From NCBI GenBank assembly GCA_963787125.1, contig CAWBBV010000001.1:416001-480000 (forward strand): DNA of 64,000 nucleotides, read 5' to 3'. Made by a program: the position numbers and the translations under genes. Origin of the DNA: an uncultured delta proteobacterium. Its GTDB lineage: Bacteria; Desulfobacterota; Desulfuromonadia; Geobacterales; DSM-12255. Each line of letters opens with the position of its first letter. Position 1 is the first letter of the stretch. Below, piece by piece: positions 30,337 to 39,760 of this stretch. Under the pieces are notes generated by a model, which was not told the origin of the DNA, made no database searches, and saw nothing but the letters and a program-made list of their open reading frames with translations.

Positions 30337-32599
30337 AATAAACTCCTTCCGGCAATCATTGCCTGTCCCAGCGCCAGCCCGCCGTCGTTAGGGGGGACCA
30401 GCCTGTGAGTATATACCCTGAAGCCGTCAGCTTCGAGCAGGGTCACCACCGCTTCACTTAATAGCCTGTTCTGGAAAACTCCACCTGACAGAACAACCCT
30501 GTCAAGACCGCTCATGTTACGGATTTCCCGGCAGACGGCAGCTGCGGCAGCAGCCAGCGACTGATGGAAAGTTGCTGCGATGACAGCTCGTGGCGAGCCG
30601 GCCAACAGTTCTGTTACAATGGCTTGCAGCGCCGGGCGCCAGTCAACTGTCAGCATGCCGTCACAGCTGTCGATCGTGAACGGGTAGTTCTTGCCCGGCT
30701 CCGCCTGCTCCGCCAGCCCTTCAAGCTCTATGGCCGCCTGCCCTTCGTAGCTCATACTGTTTCTCAGCCCGAGCAGTGCGGCAACAGCATCAAAGAGCCG
30801 ACCGCAACTTGAGGTCAGTGGTGAATTTATACCCTTTTGCAGCATCAGGAGAAAGAGCTTTCGCGACTCAGGCGGTATATCTTTTAAAAAAGCCAGCGGC
30901 AGCTCGAAAAGTTCAGCGCCAGCCAGCTGATACAGGAGCGCGAGAGCCATCCTGTATGGCTCCCTGGCGGCTGCATCACCGCCGGGCATGGCCATCTGCC
31001 GCAGATGACCGGCTCGGGTAAAACCGGTGTAGCCGCCGGTCAGAAACTCCCCGCCCCAGATCGTTCCGTCAGCGCCATAGCCGGCGCCATCGAAGATAAT
31101 GCCGATTACCTCGCCCTCAAGGCGGTTCTCAGCCATACATGATGCCAGGTGGGCGTGGTGGTGCTGCACCGGCAGTTTGCTGATATCAGGCAACTGGTTC
31201 GCGAAATTAGCTGAGTGATAGTCGGGATGGAGGTCGTGAGCAACAATTGTGGGGATGATGCCGCTGTTATTTTGTAACGTGGAGATGCTGTCAGCAAAGG
31301 CTGCCATTGTGGCCGCACTCTTTAAGTCACCGAGATGACGGCTTAAAAAAGCCTGATCGCCACTTGCCAGGCAGACAGCAGCTTTCAGCTCGCCACCGGT
31401 TGCCAGGACGCATCCTATCGATTGCCGGGATCAGTGACCGGGCTGGGGACATAGCCTCTGGAGCGCCGCATCATCAGCGGGTGCGTCCGGAAGACCCTGA
31501 TGACCGAGTCGTCAGAGGGTGCGTGGATCTCCCGGTTATGGGTGAGGTAATAGTCTGCAATCCCGGAAAGTTGTTGCAGCGCGTCTGCATCATTGAAGAT
31601 GATCGGCTCATCGGAGATATTGGCGCTGGTCATCACCAGCGCAGTGAAATTATCACGGAGCAGCAGATAGTGGAGCGGCGCAGCAGGGAGCATGACGCCG
31701 AAATAGTCATTGGCAGGGGCAACTTCAGGGGCGATCAGGGTGCCCGGCAGTTTTTTCAGAAGCATTATCGGACGTTCCGGTCCGCCAAGGAGCAGCTCTT
31801 CGCTCCGGCTGATCCGGGCGAAACTTCTTGCGGCTTCAATTGACGCAGTCATGAGGGCAAAAGGTTTTTCATCGCGGCGCTTTCTTCGGCGCAGCTCCAT
31901 GACTGCAGCAGAATTACATGGATCTACCGCCAGATGGTAGCCGCCTACCCCTTTAACCGCAACTATCGACCCTTGACGCAGTTTCATGATCGCCGTCTCC
32001 AGGGGCGGACCAGAAAGTCTTTTCCCGGTTGCGTCCAAAAAGTCCAGTTCGGGCCCGCAGGCAGGGCAGGCAACCGGCTGGGCATGGAAGCGGCGGTCTG
32101 TCGGCTCGCTGTACTCCCGCGTGCAGTCAGGGCAGAGAGGGAAAGCTGCCATAGTGGTGTTGGGCCGGTCATAGGGGGTGGCGGTGATGATGGAATAGCG
32201 GGGGCCGCAGTTGGTGCAGTTGATGAATGGATAACGGTAGCGACGATCACCCGGATCGAAAAGCTCCAGAAGACAGTCCGGGCAGACATCACTGTCAGGG
32301 GGGATAAGGGTGCTGCCGCCGCTGTTACTGCTGGCGATGATCTTGAAGTCGTTAGCAGGAATTGCCGGAACTGCAACTGTTTCTATGGATGTTATCCGCG
32401 CCAGAGGTGGCGCTTCAGCCTCCAGAAGCTGAAGAAACCCGGTCAGCCGGGTCTCATCGCCCTGAGCCTCAATCAGCACCCCTTCAGCGCCGTTCTGCAC
32501 CCAGCCTGTCAGCTTGAGCCTGAGGGCAAGCCGGTACACGAAAGGGCGAAAACCGACTCCCTGGACGATGCCGGCTATTTTTATGCGGGTGCGTTTGAT
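30327..32599 (-). pseudogene. hypF: Carbamoyltransferase HypF, frameshifted near 31415-31435 and without a canonical start codon
   Basis: GIVQGVGFRPFVY, CPDC, CTNCGPR, HDLHPDY, QHHHAH, PPNDGG are split over two frames. AGGAG RBS is followed by ATC. Confidence 0.8.
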
Positions 32600-32637
32600 A
32601 AGCGGCTCCTGACTTTTACCAGGGGTTACTCAAAAGA

Positions 32638-32667
32638 CAAAAAAGCCCCCGGATATTGAGGGCTTTA
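32638..32667 (-). terminator. Probable terminator after pyk
   Basis: aaagccc...gggcttt hairpin followed by a T-run on the minus strand. Confidence 0.6.
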
Positions 32668-32692
32668 TAGAAGAAATCAAGGCCTGCAGCGG

Positions 32693-34129
32693 TTAAACCG
32701 CATGGGAGCCGAGCGTATGGACCTTCATAAGATTTGTTGAACCGTGGCTCCCGAGCGGCACACCCATTGTTATGACAACCACGTCACCTTTTTTGCCGAA
32801 ACCGGTTGCCAGCAGTGTCTGATCGACCAGGGCAATCTGCTGGTCTGAATCGCTCATCGCGCCGACAGGGAGAGATCTTATTCCCCAGTAAAGAGACAGG
32901 CGGCGGCGGATATCCTCTGCCGGGGCAAAGGCTATTATCGGCAGCTGCGGTCGGTTTTTAGCTATCAACGCGGCGGTGCTGCCTGACTGGGTAAAGACGA
33001 CTATTGCCTTGGCCGACACGGCTGCAGCCGCATGACAGGCCGCTTCGGCAACTGCATTAGCTACGCTTCGCTCCTTTGGCAGTGAATCTCTTGAAGGCGT
33101 GCGCCAGAGCCCGCTCTGCTCGACATCCAGAGCGATCTTGACCATTGTTTTCACTGCTTCGATCGGGTAGCCGCCGGAGGCGGTTTCACCTGAAAGCATG
33201 ACGGCATCTGTTCCGTCGATGATGGCATTGGCGACATCAGAAGTCTCGGCGCGGGTCGGGCGCGGGTGAAGAATCATCGACTCAAGCATCTGGGTGGCAG
33301 TTATGACCGGTTTGCCGGCTTCATTGCAGGCTCTGATGATATTTTTCTGGATGAGCGGCACCTTTTCGGCGTTGATCTCCACACCCAGATCGCCACGGGC
33401 AACCATAATCGCATCACTAACCTTGAGAATAGCTTTGAAGTTTTTGATAGCTTCCGGTTTTTCGATCTTGGCTATGATCGGGATGGAGAGGCCGCGCTCG
33501 TGAATTATCCGTTTGATGTCAGTTACATCCTCAGCCTTGCGGACGAAGGAGAGCGCCAGGTAGTCAACACTTTTCAGCAGGCAGAACTCAAGATCAATGC
33601 GGTCCTTATCCGTCAAGGATGGGCTGGAGACGTTGACTCCGGGGAGATTGATCCCTTTAAGATCCTTCAGGATGCCGCCTTCGATAACGATACAGTGGAC
33701 AGTATTGCCTTCAATCGATTGGACTTTGAATTCGATGAGGCCGTCATCAAGCAGGATTCTTGAGCCGGGTTTAACATCGGTAGGCAGCGCTTTGTAGATG
33801 GTCGATATGAGACCGGGGCGTCCCTTCACTTCATCGGTTGTAATGGCGATACTGTCGCCTTTACGCAGGGAGATTGCGCCGTTCTCCATTCTTCCGGTTC
33901 TGATCTTAGGCCCTTGCAGGTCAGCCAGGATGCCGATCGCCTTTTGTTTCCGCTCGGCTACGCTTCTGATAATGTCAATTACTCTGGCTTTATCCTCGTT
34001 TGCCCCGTGGGAAAAGTTGAGCCTGAACAGATCAACACCGGCATCCACCAGTTTTGCTATCTGCTCGGGTTTGGAACTGGAAGGCCCAAGTGTTGCAACT
34101 ATTTTTGTTTTCCTGGTCTGCTTCTCCAT
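32693..34129 (-). CDS. pyk: Pyruvate kinase
   Basis: RKTKIVATLGP, RLNFSHG, DLQGPKIR, MVARGDLG, ATQMLESM. Confidence 0.97.
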   Translation of the reverse strand: MEKQTRKTKIVATLGPSSSKPEQIAKLVDAGVDLFRLNFSHGANEDKARVIDIIRSVAERKQKAIGILADLQGPKIRTGRMENGAISLRKGDSIAITTDEVKGRPGLISTIYKALPTDVKPGSRILLDDGLIEFKVQSIEGNTVHCIVIEGGILKDLKGINLPGVNVSSPSLTDKDRIDLEFCLLKSVDYLALSFVRKAEDVTDIKRIIHERGLSIPIIAKIEKPEAIKNFKAILKVSDAIMVARGDLGVEINAEKVPLIQKNIIRACNEAGKPVITATQMLESMILHPRPTRAETSDVANAIIDGTDAVMLSGETASGGYPIEAVKTMVKIALDVEQSGLWRTPSRDSLPKERSVANAVAEAACHAAAAVSAKAIVVFTQSGSTAALIAKNRPQLPIIAFAPAEDIRRRLSLYWGIRSLPVGAMSDSDQQIALVDQTLLATGFGKKGDVVVITMGVPLGSHGSTNLMKVHTLGSHAV

Positions 34130-34203
34130 ACATCTCCTCGACCTGATTAACAGGATTCGTGCGGTACGAATTAATTGTATGCCGGTAACGGGCAGCAAAT
34201 GGG

Positions 34204-34545
34204 TTAATGGTGGAACTTCCCTTTCATCTCCTTGTGAGACGCATCAGGAGAATTGTGGCATTCAAAACATGAACTTTGCTCGACTTTCTGCTTTTCATGG
34301 CCGGTAATGGGCCGCTCACTCTTTGTTATCAGGCTCTCGGGCGTCTGAAAAGAAACTCTGCCTGTCTCATCTGTAAGGGTAGCAGGTTTGTAGGAGACCT
34401 GCCAGTTAGCCGAAATCGGCACCTTGTGACATTCTTCACACCCTCCCGGTGCCGGAATGGAGCGCCAGGCAGTGAACATTGCGCACGCGGACAGCGTGTA
34501 TAGCATGAGCGCGAATAAAGGTATCATCAATTTCATTTTTTCCAC
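34204..34545 (-). CDS. Small diheme c-type cytochrome, probable lipoprotein
   Basis: CEECH and CFECH; lipobox-like LSAC. Confidence 0.85.
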   Translation of the reverse strand: MEKMKLMIPLFALMLYTLSACAMFTAWRSIPAPGGCEECHKVPISANWQVSYKPATLTDETGRVSFQTPESLITKSERPITGHEKQKVEQSSCFECHNSPDASHKEMKGKFHH

Positions 34546-34624
34546 CTTAGTAAGTTAGAAGTTATTTTCTGCGTTTTTCTGGTAGAAAATAACTTCGTTA
34601 ACGCACTTATCCAGTTTATCTGGG

Positions 34625-35488
34625 CTACCCTCTCCATTTGTACTCCAGATATTTCTTCGTCTGCTCATAGCCCTGCTCATAAAGAAACTGCCTTTCACTG
34701 ACTGCCAAAGAGAAGGTTGACGGAGAAATGGCGGAACAGTAAATGATAATGGTGTCTTTCCATTTACCCCCTTTCACGAATTCCTTTTCCTGGGCGTGCA
34801 TGGAGAAGGTCAGCATTTCATGAAAGTAACGCCTGAAAGAAAGCTGACTGTTTTCAGCCCGTTTCAGGGACCGTTTCGACATCATTTTGATGACCAGCAC
34901 CTTCTGGTTCTTGTCAAGACGCCCTTCTACGACTCCTGTCATCAGCGAGCCGTCAATCAGGGCATATTTTTTGCCATTACAGGTAAGTTTCTTGTAACCG
35001 AAAACCCCTGGAGTGAAGGAAGATGCGGCTGCAACGGTCGAAATTTTCAGGTCTGGAAAACGGTCAGCAGAGAAGATAACCGGACGGTAGTGCAGCATAT
35101 CGGTCGCTACTATTTCCAATGGCATCTTCATTTTTCTTGAAAATGTAGCAGATTCTAACTCCTCATCAATCCATTTTTCAAGGCGTTCGCCGGCATACAT
35201 GCCGTATCTTGTCAACATTGACGTCATACTGGCATCCTTAAACTGCCTCGTATCCAGAGATAGGGCTTTGTCGAGCATCGTTTCGGGTGAAGTCCCGCAC
35301 AGATACATGCTGGCAACGATAGAAGCTGTTGAAGAGGCAATTACTTTGGTGATGTTCAGTCCAAGCTCTTCAAGCGCTTTCAGTGCCCCAATGAATGCCG
35401 GAAAACGGATGCCGCCGCCAACTAGCATCAGAGTTATCGGTTCAGAAGCTCCAGCTAACGGAGAGATCATTTCAGTGCTCATCTGCAT
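34625..35488 (-). CDS. Patatin-like phospholipase family protein
   Basis: GGGIR, divergent nucleophile elbow ASSTA, IDGS. Confidence 0.8.
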   Translation of the reverse strand: MQMSTEMISPLAGASEPITLMLVGGGIRFPAFIGALKALEELGLNITKVIASSTASIVASMYLCGTSPETMLDKALSLDTRQFKDASMTSMLTRYGMYAGERLEKWIDEELESATFSRKMKMPLEIVATDMLHYRPVIFSADRFPDLKISTVAAASSFTPGVFGYKKLTCNGKKYALIDGSLMTGVVEGRLDKNQKVLVIKMMSKRSLKRAENSQLSFRRYFHEMLTFSMHAQEKEFVKGGKWKDTIIIYCSAISPSTFSLAVSERQFLYEQGYEQTKKYLEYKWRG

Positions 35489-35496
35489 AAGAAAAT

Positions 35497-36987
35497 TTAC
35501 TCCACTTTTTTGATTAACACCGCACTGGCACCTTTGTCCACTATACCCGCTTTTTTGACAACTTCCAGCAGCAGCAGCTCTTTACTCTTTTCATCATAAT
35601 AATAGTCGGCGAGATAATTCTGACTCTGTTTTGTATGCCAGAGCTCATCAAGCATCACGCCGTTCCAGGCAAAAGCAAAAACCGAGTTTTTGGAGTAGGA
35701 TCGATTATTGCCGATAACAAAAAAACCGTCATTTTTGGGGACAATTATTTCGCCGCTCTTGTTCACGGTAACCCGCTGTTCAAGGAAAAATTTTCGCTGC
35801 GGTGACCCGGTGACCTGCATATCCGCCAAATCCCCCCGGGAAAAGAACGTTTCAGTGCCACCATACTTGTCGCTGCTTTTCCAGAGGTTCTTCCCTGCTT
35901 CATCATAAATTTGCAGATAGCCATCCTGGTCCATGACAGCAAAACAACTTTTACCGGCTTTGTTCAGAAATATGGCGCTGTTGTAAATATTCGCACCTTT
36001 TGGCAACTTGAGTGGGTTAGTGATGGCGAAAACGGACCCCTTTTTTGTCAATTCATGCATGTCGCCAAAATATACGGCATCTCGTCCGGTTTGTTGGGCA
36101 AAAATCTTTCTGCCCTGACCTTGAAATGATACTGCCCGGAAAAAATAGGGGAGTTTGTCGCCGATTTTCTTCAAGCTGTTTCTCTCAACAGTCCAGACCT
36201 CTGAAACCAGGTCTTCACCGCTCATAATGGTAAGATAAATTTCCTGAATACCGTCGCTGTCCAGATCAGCTGTGTCGATGGCAATAATCTTTTGATATAC
36301 AGGCACGGTAATCTCTGCCATCAGTTTCAGCTCTTTCCCTTGGAGGAAATAGTGGAGGCTGTGTTGCCCGGCGATAAAAACCTCACGCTCATTGTTGCCC
36401 AGACTGCGTCCAATCGCCATCCCGACAAGTTCGCCTTCAAGCTTCTGGCTTATCCAGCCGGATGTGGCAAGTTCGTCGATTGTGGCTGATCGGACAACAT
36501 CTGAAGGCGGTGTCAGTTTTTCAACTTTGGGCGCAGCTGAGTTTATTATAGTTGGGGGGGTAACTGCTGGCGATGCCGGCGCAGCAACATTCTGATAATT
36601 CTTGTCGATGCCGGTGAGCAGTGTTTGTGCCAGCTTGCCAATGGCAAGCAACATATCCTCCTGGCTCTCTCCCTGTTCAAAGGCGCGTACTAAAACCTTG
36701 CCGGAGCTGCTTTTCGCTACCGAGTCGATGCTGAACACCTTGCCGAAGGCAACGTAGCTCCCCTTAATATTGATATCGGCAAGTTCGGCACTTTCAACAG
36801 CTATAACCGTGGCGTTGCCGAGCCGTGACATCAGCAGATTCTGGATAGTACCTTTAAGTTCGGCACTGTTTGCCACACCGGTTACGGCGAACGGCGCAAC
36901 GTACGCTCTGATTTGTTCGGCAGAGCAGTCGCTTGCTGCCAGCAGGAAAACAGCTATGAGAAATAACCAGCGGGATGGATTTTGCAT
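35497..36987 (-). CDS. Exported FG-GAP/VCBS-repeat protein
   Basis: Signal peptide; ADLDSDGIQEI repeat motif. Confidence 0.7.
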   Translation of the reverse strand: MQNPSRWLFLIAVFLLAASDCSAEQIRAYVAPFAVTGVANSAELKGTIQNLLMSRLGNATVIAVESAELADINIKGSYVAFGKVFSIDSVAKSSSGKVLVRAFEQGESQEDMLLAIGKLAQTLLTGIDKNYQNVAAPASPAVTPPTIINSAAPKVEKLTPPSDVVRSATIDELATSGWISQKLEGELVGMAIGRSLGNNEREVFIAGQHSLHYFLQGKELKLMAEITVPVYQKIIAIDTADLDSDGIQEIYLTIMSGEDLVSEVWTVERNSLKKIGDKLPYFFRAVSFQGQGRKIFAQQTGRDAVYFGDMHELTKKGSVFAITNPLKLPKGANIYNSAIFLNKAGKSCFAVMDQDGYLQIYDEAGKNLWKSSDKYGGTETFFSRGDLADMQVTGSPQRKFFLEQRVTVNKSGEIIVPKNDGFFVIGNNRSYSKNSVFAFAWNGVMLDELWHTKQSQNYLADYYYDEKSKELLLLEVVKKAGIVDKGASAVLIKKVE

Positions 36988-37071
36988 GAGGGCTCCTCAA
37001 CCGTGCATTCTTGACGTCATGAGGAGTGTATAATGCCACAATCAGCATGGCCAGTGCAATCAGCATATAAT

Positions 37072-37101
37072 AAAAAACGGGGGAGAGTTGCCTCTCCCCC
37101 G
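37072..37101 (-). terminator. Rho-independent terminator of the porin gene
   Basis: cgggggagag-ttgc-ctctcccccg with a T-run on the minus strand. Confidence 0.85.
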
Positions 37102-37142
37102 AAGTGGTATCTGCTTTCCCTTGCGGGACTGCAAACTGTTAT

Positions 37143-38483
37143 TTAGAACGTGTAGTTCATCATGAGGCCTGTGAGGTACGGATCCTTCACATCGCCCATG
37201 CCAGCCTTGGTGTAACCACCGAGCATAGCAACAGCGCCCTGTACAGTAGCCGTCAGGTTTGGATAGAGCATGTAGTTGAGGTTAACGTTAAACTCTGTAC
37301 CGATATCCTTGCTGGTTGTGGAGTTTTTTGGATTTGCAGCAGTTCCGGTTTGATCTCTCACGGCAACTGAAGCGTTTCCAAGGTTAACTGAAACATTAAA
37401 CTTGTCGTTGACCTTGATATCGGCGCCGAGGAACTTGCCCCACATACCGCGATTGCCGTTGTTGATGCTACCGACCAGGGCATTATCGGAGTCCATGTTG
37501 TATACGTTTCTCATCAGGAGCAGCATCTGGGAAGAGTAGAAGTTGTTGGCCTGACCAACGTAGCCATTAATGCTCTGGAATGCATCTGATTTTGTTGTGT
37601 CTTTGCCATCATCACCGCTTGCGTAAAGATTGGAAAATCTGACAGTAATATTGCCGAAAGTTGCTTTGGGAGCCATCATGAAGGCAAAGGCGCTCAGGTC
37701 CCTACCTGTTCCGTAGGTCTCGTCGCCGGTCTGGTACATTAAGAAGCTGTCCAGATTGACAATGCCTAACTTGGTAGTAACATTAACACCTAAACTATGT
37801 GTCTTCTGTCCCGAGAAAGTCTCATCGTTGTTGACGAGGTAGTAGGAGCCACCGATGGTGGTGTCCTTGTCAAGGGCGAATTTGGCGTCAAGTGCGTAGA
37901 CGTCGACATTCTGCTTGCCAAGAGGAGACGTAGTTCCGGTTCCGGCATAAGCGCCAGCATCCATGAGACGGAGGAACGCTGCGGTAGTTGTCACTGCGCC
38001 GAACTTGGCGGAAGCTACTGCGCCACCCATATCATCGTTTAGGAATACACCTTTGTAGGCGTCAGTGAAAGGCTGCAGACCGACTTTCATGTTGACCGGC
38101 GTTGACGGGAGATTGAAGTCAAGATAAACGCTCTTGGTTTCGATATTGACTGTGTCGCCACCAACACCTGCACCAGTACCTCTTGTGCCACCGGCTTTAT
38201 TGGCGCCAGTATCACCCCAAGATGAGTCAATTTCAAAGTGGGTTACCAGTTTGAGATCGTCGCTTGCCTTTGCAATGTACTGAATCCGGGCTCTCTGCTC
38301 GAAAACTGTGGTGTCGCGGGTGGAATCTGGAGCCAGAAGAGGCGCAATGCCTGCATTTTGGAAGTTGGTCATGTTGGCCCTGAGCCGGTACATGCCATGG
38401 AACTCGTTCTCAAATGCGAGTGCCGGTACTGCTGCTGCAATTGTCAGTGCTGCAGCACTAAGAACTACTAAACGTTTTTTCAT
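37143..38483 (-). CDS. ompJ: Major outer-membrane porin, OmpJ-like
   Basis: Signal peptide then FENEFHGMYR, EQRARIQY, VTHFEID; C-terminal NYTF beta-barrel signature. Confidence 0.75.
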   Translation of the reverse strand: MKKRLVVLSAAALTIAAAVPALAFENEFHGMYRLRANMTNFQNAGIAPLLAPDSTRDTTVFEQRARIQYIAKASDDLKLVTHFEIDSSWGDTGANKAGGTRGTGAGVGGDTVNIETKSVYLDFNLPSTPVNMKVGLQPFTDAYKGVFLNDDMGGAVASAKFGAVTTTAAFLRLMDAGAYAGTGTTSPLGKQNVDVYALDAKFALDKDTTIGGSYYLVNNDETFSGQKTHSLGVNVTTKLGIVNLDSFLMYQTGDETYGTGRDLSAFAFMMAPKATFGNITVRFSNLYASGDDGKDTTKSDAFQSINGYVGQANNFYSSQMLLLMRNVYNMDSDNALVGSINNGNRGMWGKFLGADIKVNDKFNVSVNLGNASVAVRDQTGTAANPKNSTTSKDIGTEFNVNLNYMLYPNLTATVQGAVAMLGGYTKAGMGDVKDPYLTGLMMNYTF

Positions 38484-38724
38484 TGTTCTTCCTCCCTTTT
38501 ATGGTTGATGTTAAATAAACTGAATTTACGGTTTTGATTGCGACTTCTAACTACGCTCCCATCACCACCTTTCAGATAAATTTTAACTCCCGACTGATTT
38601 TAAAAACGCAAAAACCCGTACGCGTGCTCTAAATACGCAGCACACTCAGGATTTTAAGTATCTAACAGACTTTGTAAGTAGTATCCACCTATCCGCATTG
38701 ACACCCTTTAAGAAATTTGACTGT

Positions 38725-38753
38725 AAATTACAGAGTGGACTACCCATTGTCAA
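38725..38753 (-). promoter_or_regulatory. Sigma70-type promoter for the porin gene
   Basis: TTGACA-17 nt-TAATTT on the minus strand. Confidence 0.6.
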
Positions 38754-38894
38754 GTCTGTAATTCTGAAACTGAAAAAACCAGGTCGCGTAACCCCTTGAG
38801 CAGCACATCAGGAGAGAGGTTGTTCTATATTGTTTGATGCATATTACAAATTTTCAAACTTATGTCAACAAAATTTTCAAACAACGTTACAGAT

Positions 38895-39299
38895 TTAATG
38901 GGTGACCTGACAAAGTTCTGTCAGTACACCATGACTGCTTTTAGGATGTATAAACGCAATGAGTGCTCCGTGAGCACCGTGGCGCGGTTTTTCATCAATC
39001 ATCCGTGCCCCTTCGGCAGTCATTTCAGCTATTGCTCCGGCTATATCTGCAACTTCGTATGCTATATGGTGAATTCCCTGGCCGTTTTTCTCCAGAAACT
39101 TCGCAACAGGGCTATCCGCTGAGGTCGGCTCAAGCAGTTCTATCTTGGATTCGCCGACAACCAGCATCGCCACCTTGACCTTCTGCTCGGGTACCTCTTC
39201 ACAGCCGAGAAACTTCATACCGAGTCGATCGCGGTAGAAGGGGATTACAGCATCGATAGATTGCACGGCGATGCCAATATGGTTAATTTTGCGTGTCAT
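38895..39299 (-). CDS. mce: Methylmalonyl-CoA epimerase
   Basis: INHIGIAV, IELLEP, GIHHIAY, FIHPK, GVLTEL. Confidence 0.95.
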   Translation of the reverse strand: MTRKINHIGIAVQSIDAVIPFYRDRLGMKFLGCEEVPEQKVKVAMLVVGESKIELLEPTSADSPVAKFLEKNGQGIHHIAYEVADIAGAIAEMTAEGARMIDEKPRHGAHGALIAFIHPKSSHGVLTELCQVTH

Positions 39300-39314
39300 T
39301 GTAACTCCCTAATT

Positions 39315-39750
39315 GAAACACAGAGCAACGGAGCAACGGAAAAAATCAACAAATAATTCGCTTGATGCCTTCCCTCAAAAGCTTTGTGTAAAAGTTTATC
39401 AAAAGACCGACTCTTTTGTTTGACAGCTTTAAATAGGTGAAGAGCTGAGCTTCATGAATCGGCAGTATTTTTTCAACACATTTCAATTCGACAATAATTC
39501 TATTTTCCACCAAAAGATCAAGACGGAATCCTTCATCAAGAGTTGTTCCTTTGTACTTAACCGGCAAATGCTTTTGCCGCTCTACCCTTAAATCTGACTT
39601 TAATAATTCAAAAGCAAGGCAAGCTTCGTATACTGATTCCAGCAGTCCTGGACCAAGAGTATTATGGACCTGAATTGCACACCCGATTATCGTCTCAGTT
39701 AATTCCGCATCAGGATAGCTTTTCTCAGTTGCTCTGTTGCTCTGTGTTTC
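39315..39750. mobile_element. GxxExxY cassette bounded by 31-bp inverted repeats
   Basis: 39315-39345 versus the reverse complement of 39720-39750: 28/31 identical. Confidence 0.65.
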
Positions 39751-39756
39751 CATCAT
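39346..39756 (-). CDS. GxxExxY family PD-(D/E)xK protein
   Basis: LGPGLLESVYE, RLDLLVE, IVELK, GLLINF. Confidence 0.92.
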   Translation of the reverse strand: MMETQSNRATEKSYPDAELTETIIGCAIQVHNTLGPGLLESVYEACLAFELLKSDLRVERQKHLPVKYKGTTLDEGFRLDLLVENRIIVELKCVEKILPIHEAQLFTYLKLSNKRVGLLINFYTKLLREGIKRIIC

Positions 39757-39760
39757 GCCT

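Noticed and set aside
34625..35488. Patatin as a CBASS-type defence effector
   Set aside because: No cyclase nearby and the context is housekeeping.
38484..38720. Cyclic-dinucleotide (GEMM-I) riboswitch before the porin
   Set aside because: Conserved core elements not recognisable.
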